From the IMG/VR virus record IMGVR_UViG_3300046777_002950: DNA of 35,090 bases. One strand, written 5' to 3'. This DNA is from an uncultured virus (IMG/VR IMGVR_UViG_3300046777_002950). Its lineage: Duplodnaviria; Heunggongvirae; Uroviricota; Caudoviricetes. Made by a program: the position numbers and the translations under genes. The notes beneath the pieces were generated by a model, which saw only the letters and a list, made by a program, of their open reading frames with translations, was not told the origin of the DNA and ran no database searches. Positions 34,521 through 35,090 of this stretch are shown piece after piece. Within the stretch, counting starts at the first letter, position 1. Every line of letters starts with the position of its first letter.

Positions 34521-35090
34521 ATGGGAAAATACTTGATAAAACATTATGGGCGATACATTTATCGCCATGAGGATTATCAAGCGATTTGTCAAGGTGATGA
34601 CTGCGCTGCACAAATTCTCAGTCTATTTGAGTTTTGGACTAGTTGCCGAATAGAAGAGATTCGGCGTGTACAAAGCTACAACGATCAGAACAAGAAAAAT
34701 ACTTCTCTTGTTCTGCAAGTACCAACGACGTGGTTGTATGAAACCACTGAAGATATAAGCATGGGCATATTAAATGCTTATGGCGACTCGTCCATAAGGA
34801 AGTCAATTAAAAAACTTCTTGACTGGGGGTTTCTTGATTCAAGAAGTTCCAAGAACGGTTTTGATAGAACCAAAGAATACAGATTTAACACTGATTTAAT
34901 TCAAACAGCATTAGATCAGTGGAACAATCAAAATGAAGTTGTAAAGGCCGAAAGTATTGATAAATCCGATCCGTTAGAAATAACGCAGGAGTCGTTAGAA
35001 ATAACGCAGGAGTCGTTAGAAATAACGCAGGAGTCGTTAGAAATAACGCAGGAGTCAGTGAATTTAAAGGATGATCTATATTCTTTAAAC
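34521..35090 (+). CDS. Phage replication initiator (wHTH Rep), 3'-partial (not in the ORF track)
   Basis: GGAGG RBS; MGKYLIKH...WLYETTEDI...IRKSIKKLLDWGFL...FDRTKEYRFN; open to the window end; internal iterons. Confidence 0.8.
   Translation, partial: MGKYLIKHYGRYIYRHEDYQAICQGDDCAAQILSLFEFWTSCRIEEIRRVQSYNDQNKKNTSLVLQVPTTWLYETTEDISMGILNAYGDSSIRKSIKKLLDWGFLDSRSSKNGFDRTKEYRFNTDLIQTALDQWNNQNEVVKAESIDKSDPLEITQESLEITQESLEITQESLEITQESVNLKDDLYSLN
34972..35055 (+). repeat. Four perfect 21-bp iterons inside rep (probable origin)
   Basis: CGTTAGAAATAACGCAGGAGT x4, each with a palindromic core CGTTA-gaaa-TAACG. Confidence 0.9.

Larger units (their letters stand above)
1..35090. mobile_element. Part of a temperate cyanophage / prophage / phage-plasmid (no ends visible in window)
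   Basis: Rha and BRO antirepressors, orphan MTase, HNH, ASCH, divergent XRE switch, phage-type Rep with iterons, many small ORFans. At least 14 HIP1 (GCGATCGC) sites, e.g. 4516, 4623, 5623, 13131, 14032. Confidence 0.8.

Noticed and set aside
34105..34521. 138-aa ORF
   Set aside because: Overlaps a promoter-like region and the more plausible 34182-34382 gene; no recognisable features.

Overview
AT-rich segment of a temperate cyanophage, prophage or phage-plasmid. At least 14 HIP1 GCGATCGC sites and a cyanobacterial-type dcd point to a cyanobacterial host, probably filamentous. Left end: a compact TnpB-derived type V (V-U2/C2c8-like) nuclease with an 8-repeat CRISPR array, a WYL-less RHH regulator, a non-coding copy of the replication-origin iterons, and a type IV-B operon (cas11-csf2-csf3-cysH-[Coq4-like]-csf1). 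No cas1, cas2 or cas6 is present in the window. Middle: two antirepressor cassettes (Rha, BRO) sharing a promoter and a covarying 5' RNA stem, a DNA methyltransferase, multi-wHTH paralogs, a tandem of promoter-terminator micro-units, an FtsK/TraB-like ATPase operon with membrane proteins, a HAD phosphatase, tmk and dcd. Right: an early-gene region punctuated by three type I hammerhead ribozymes, a divergent HTH/RHH switch, and a replication initiator with internal iterons running off the end. All protein assignments come from motif recognition by eye; no database searches were run.
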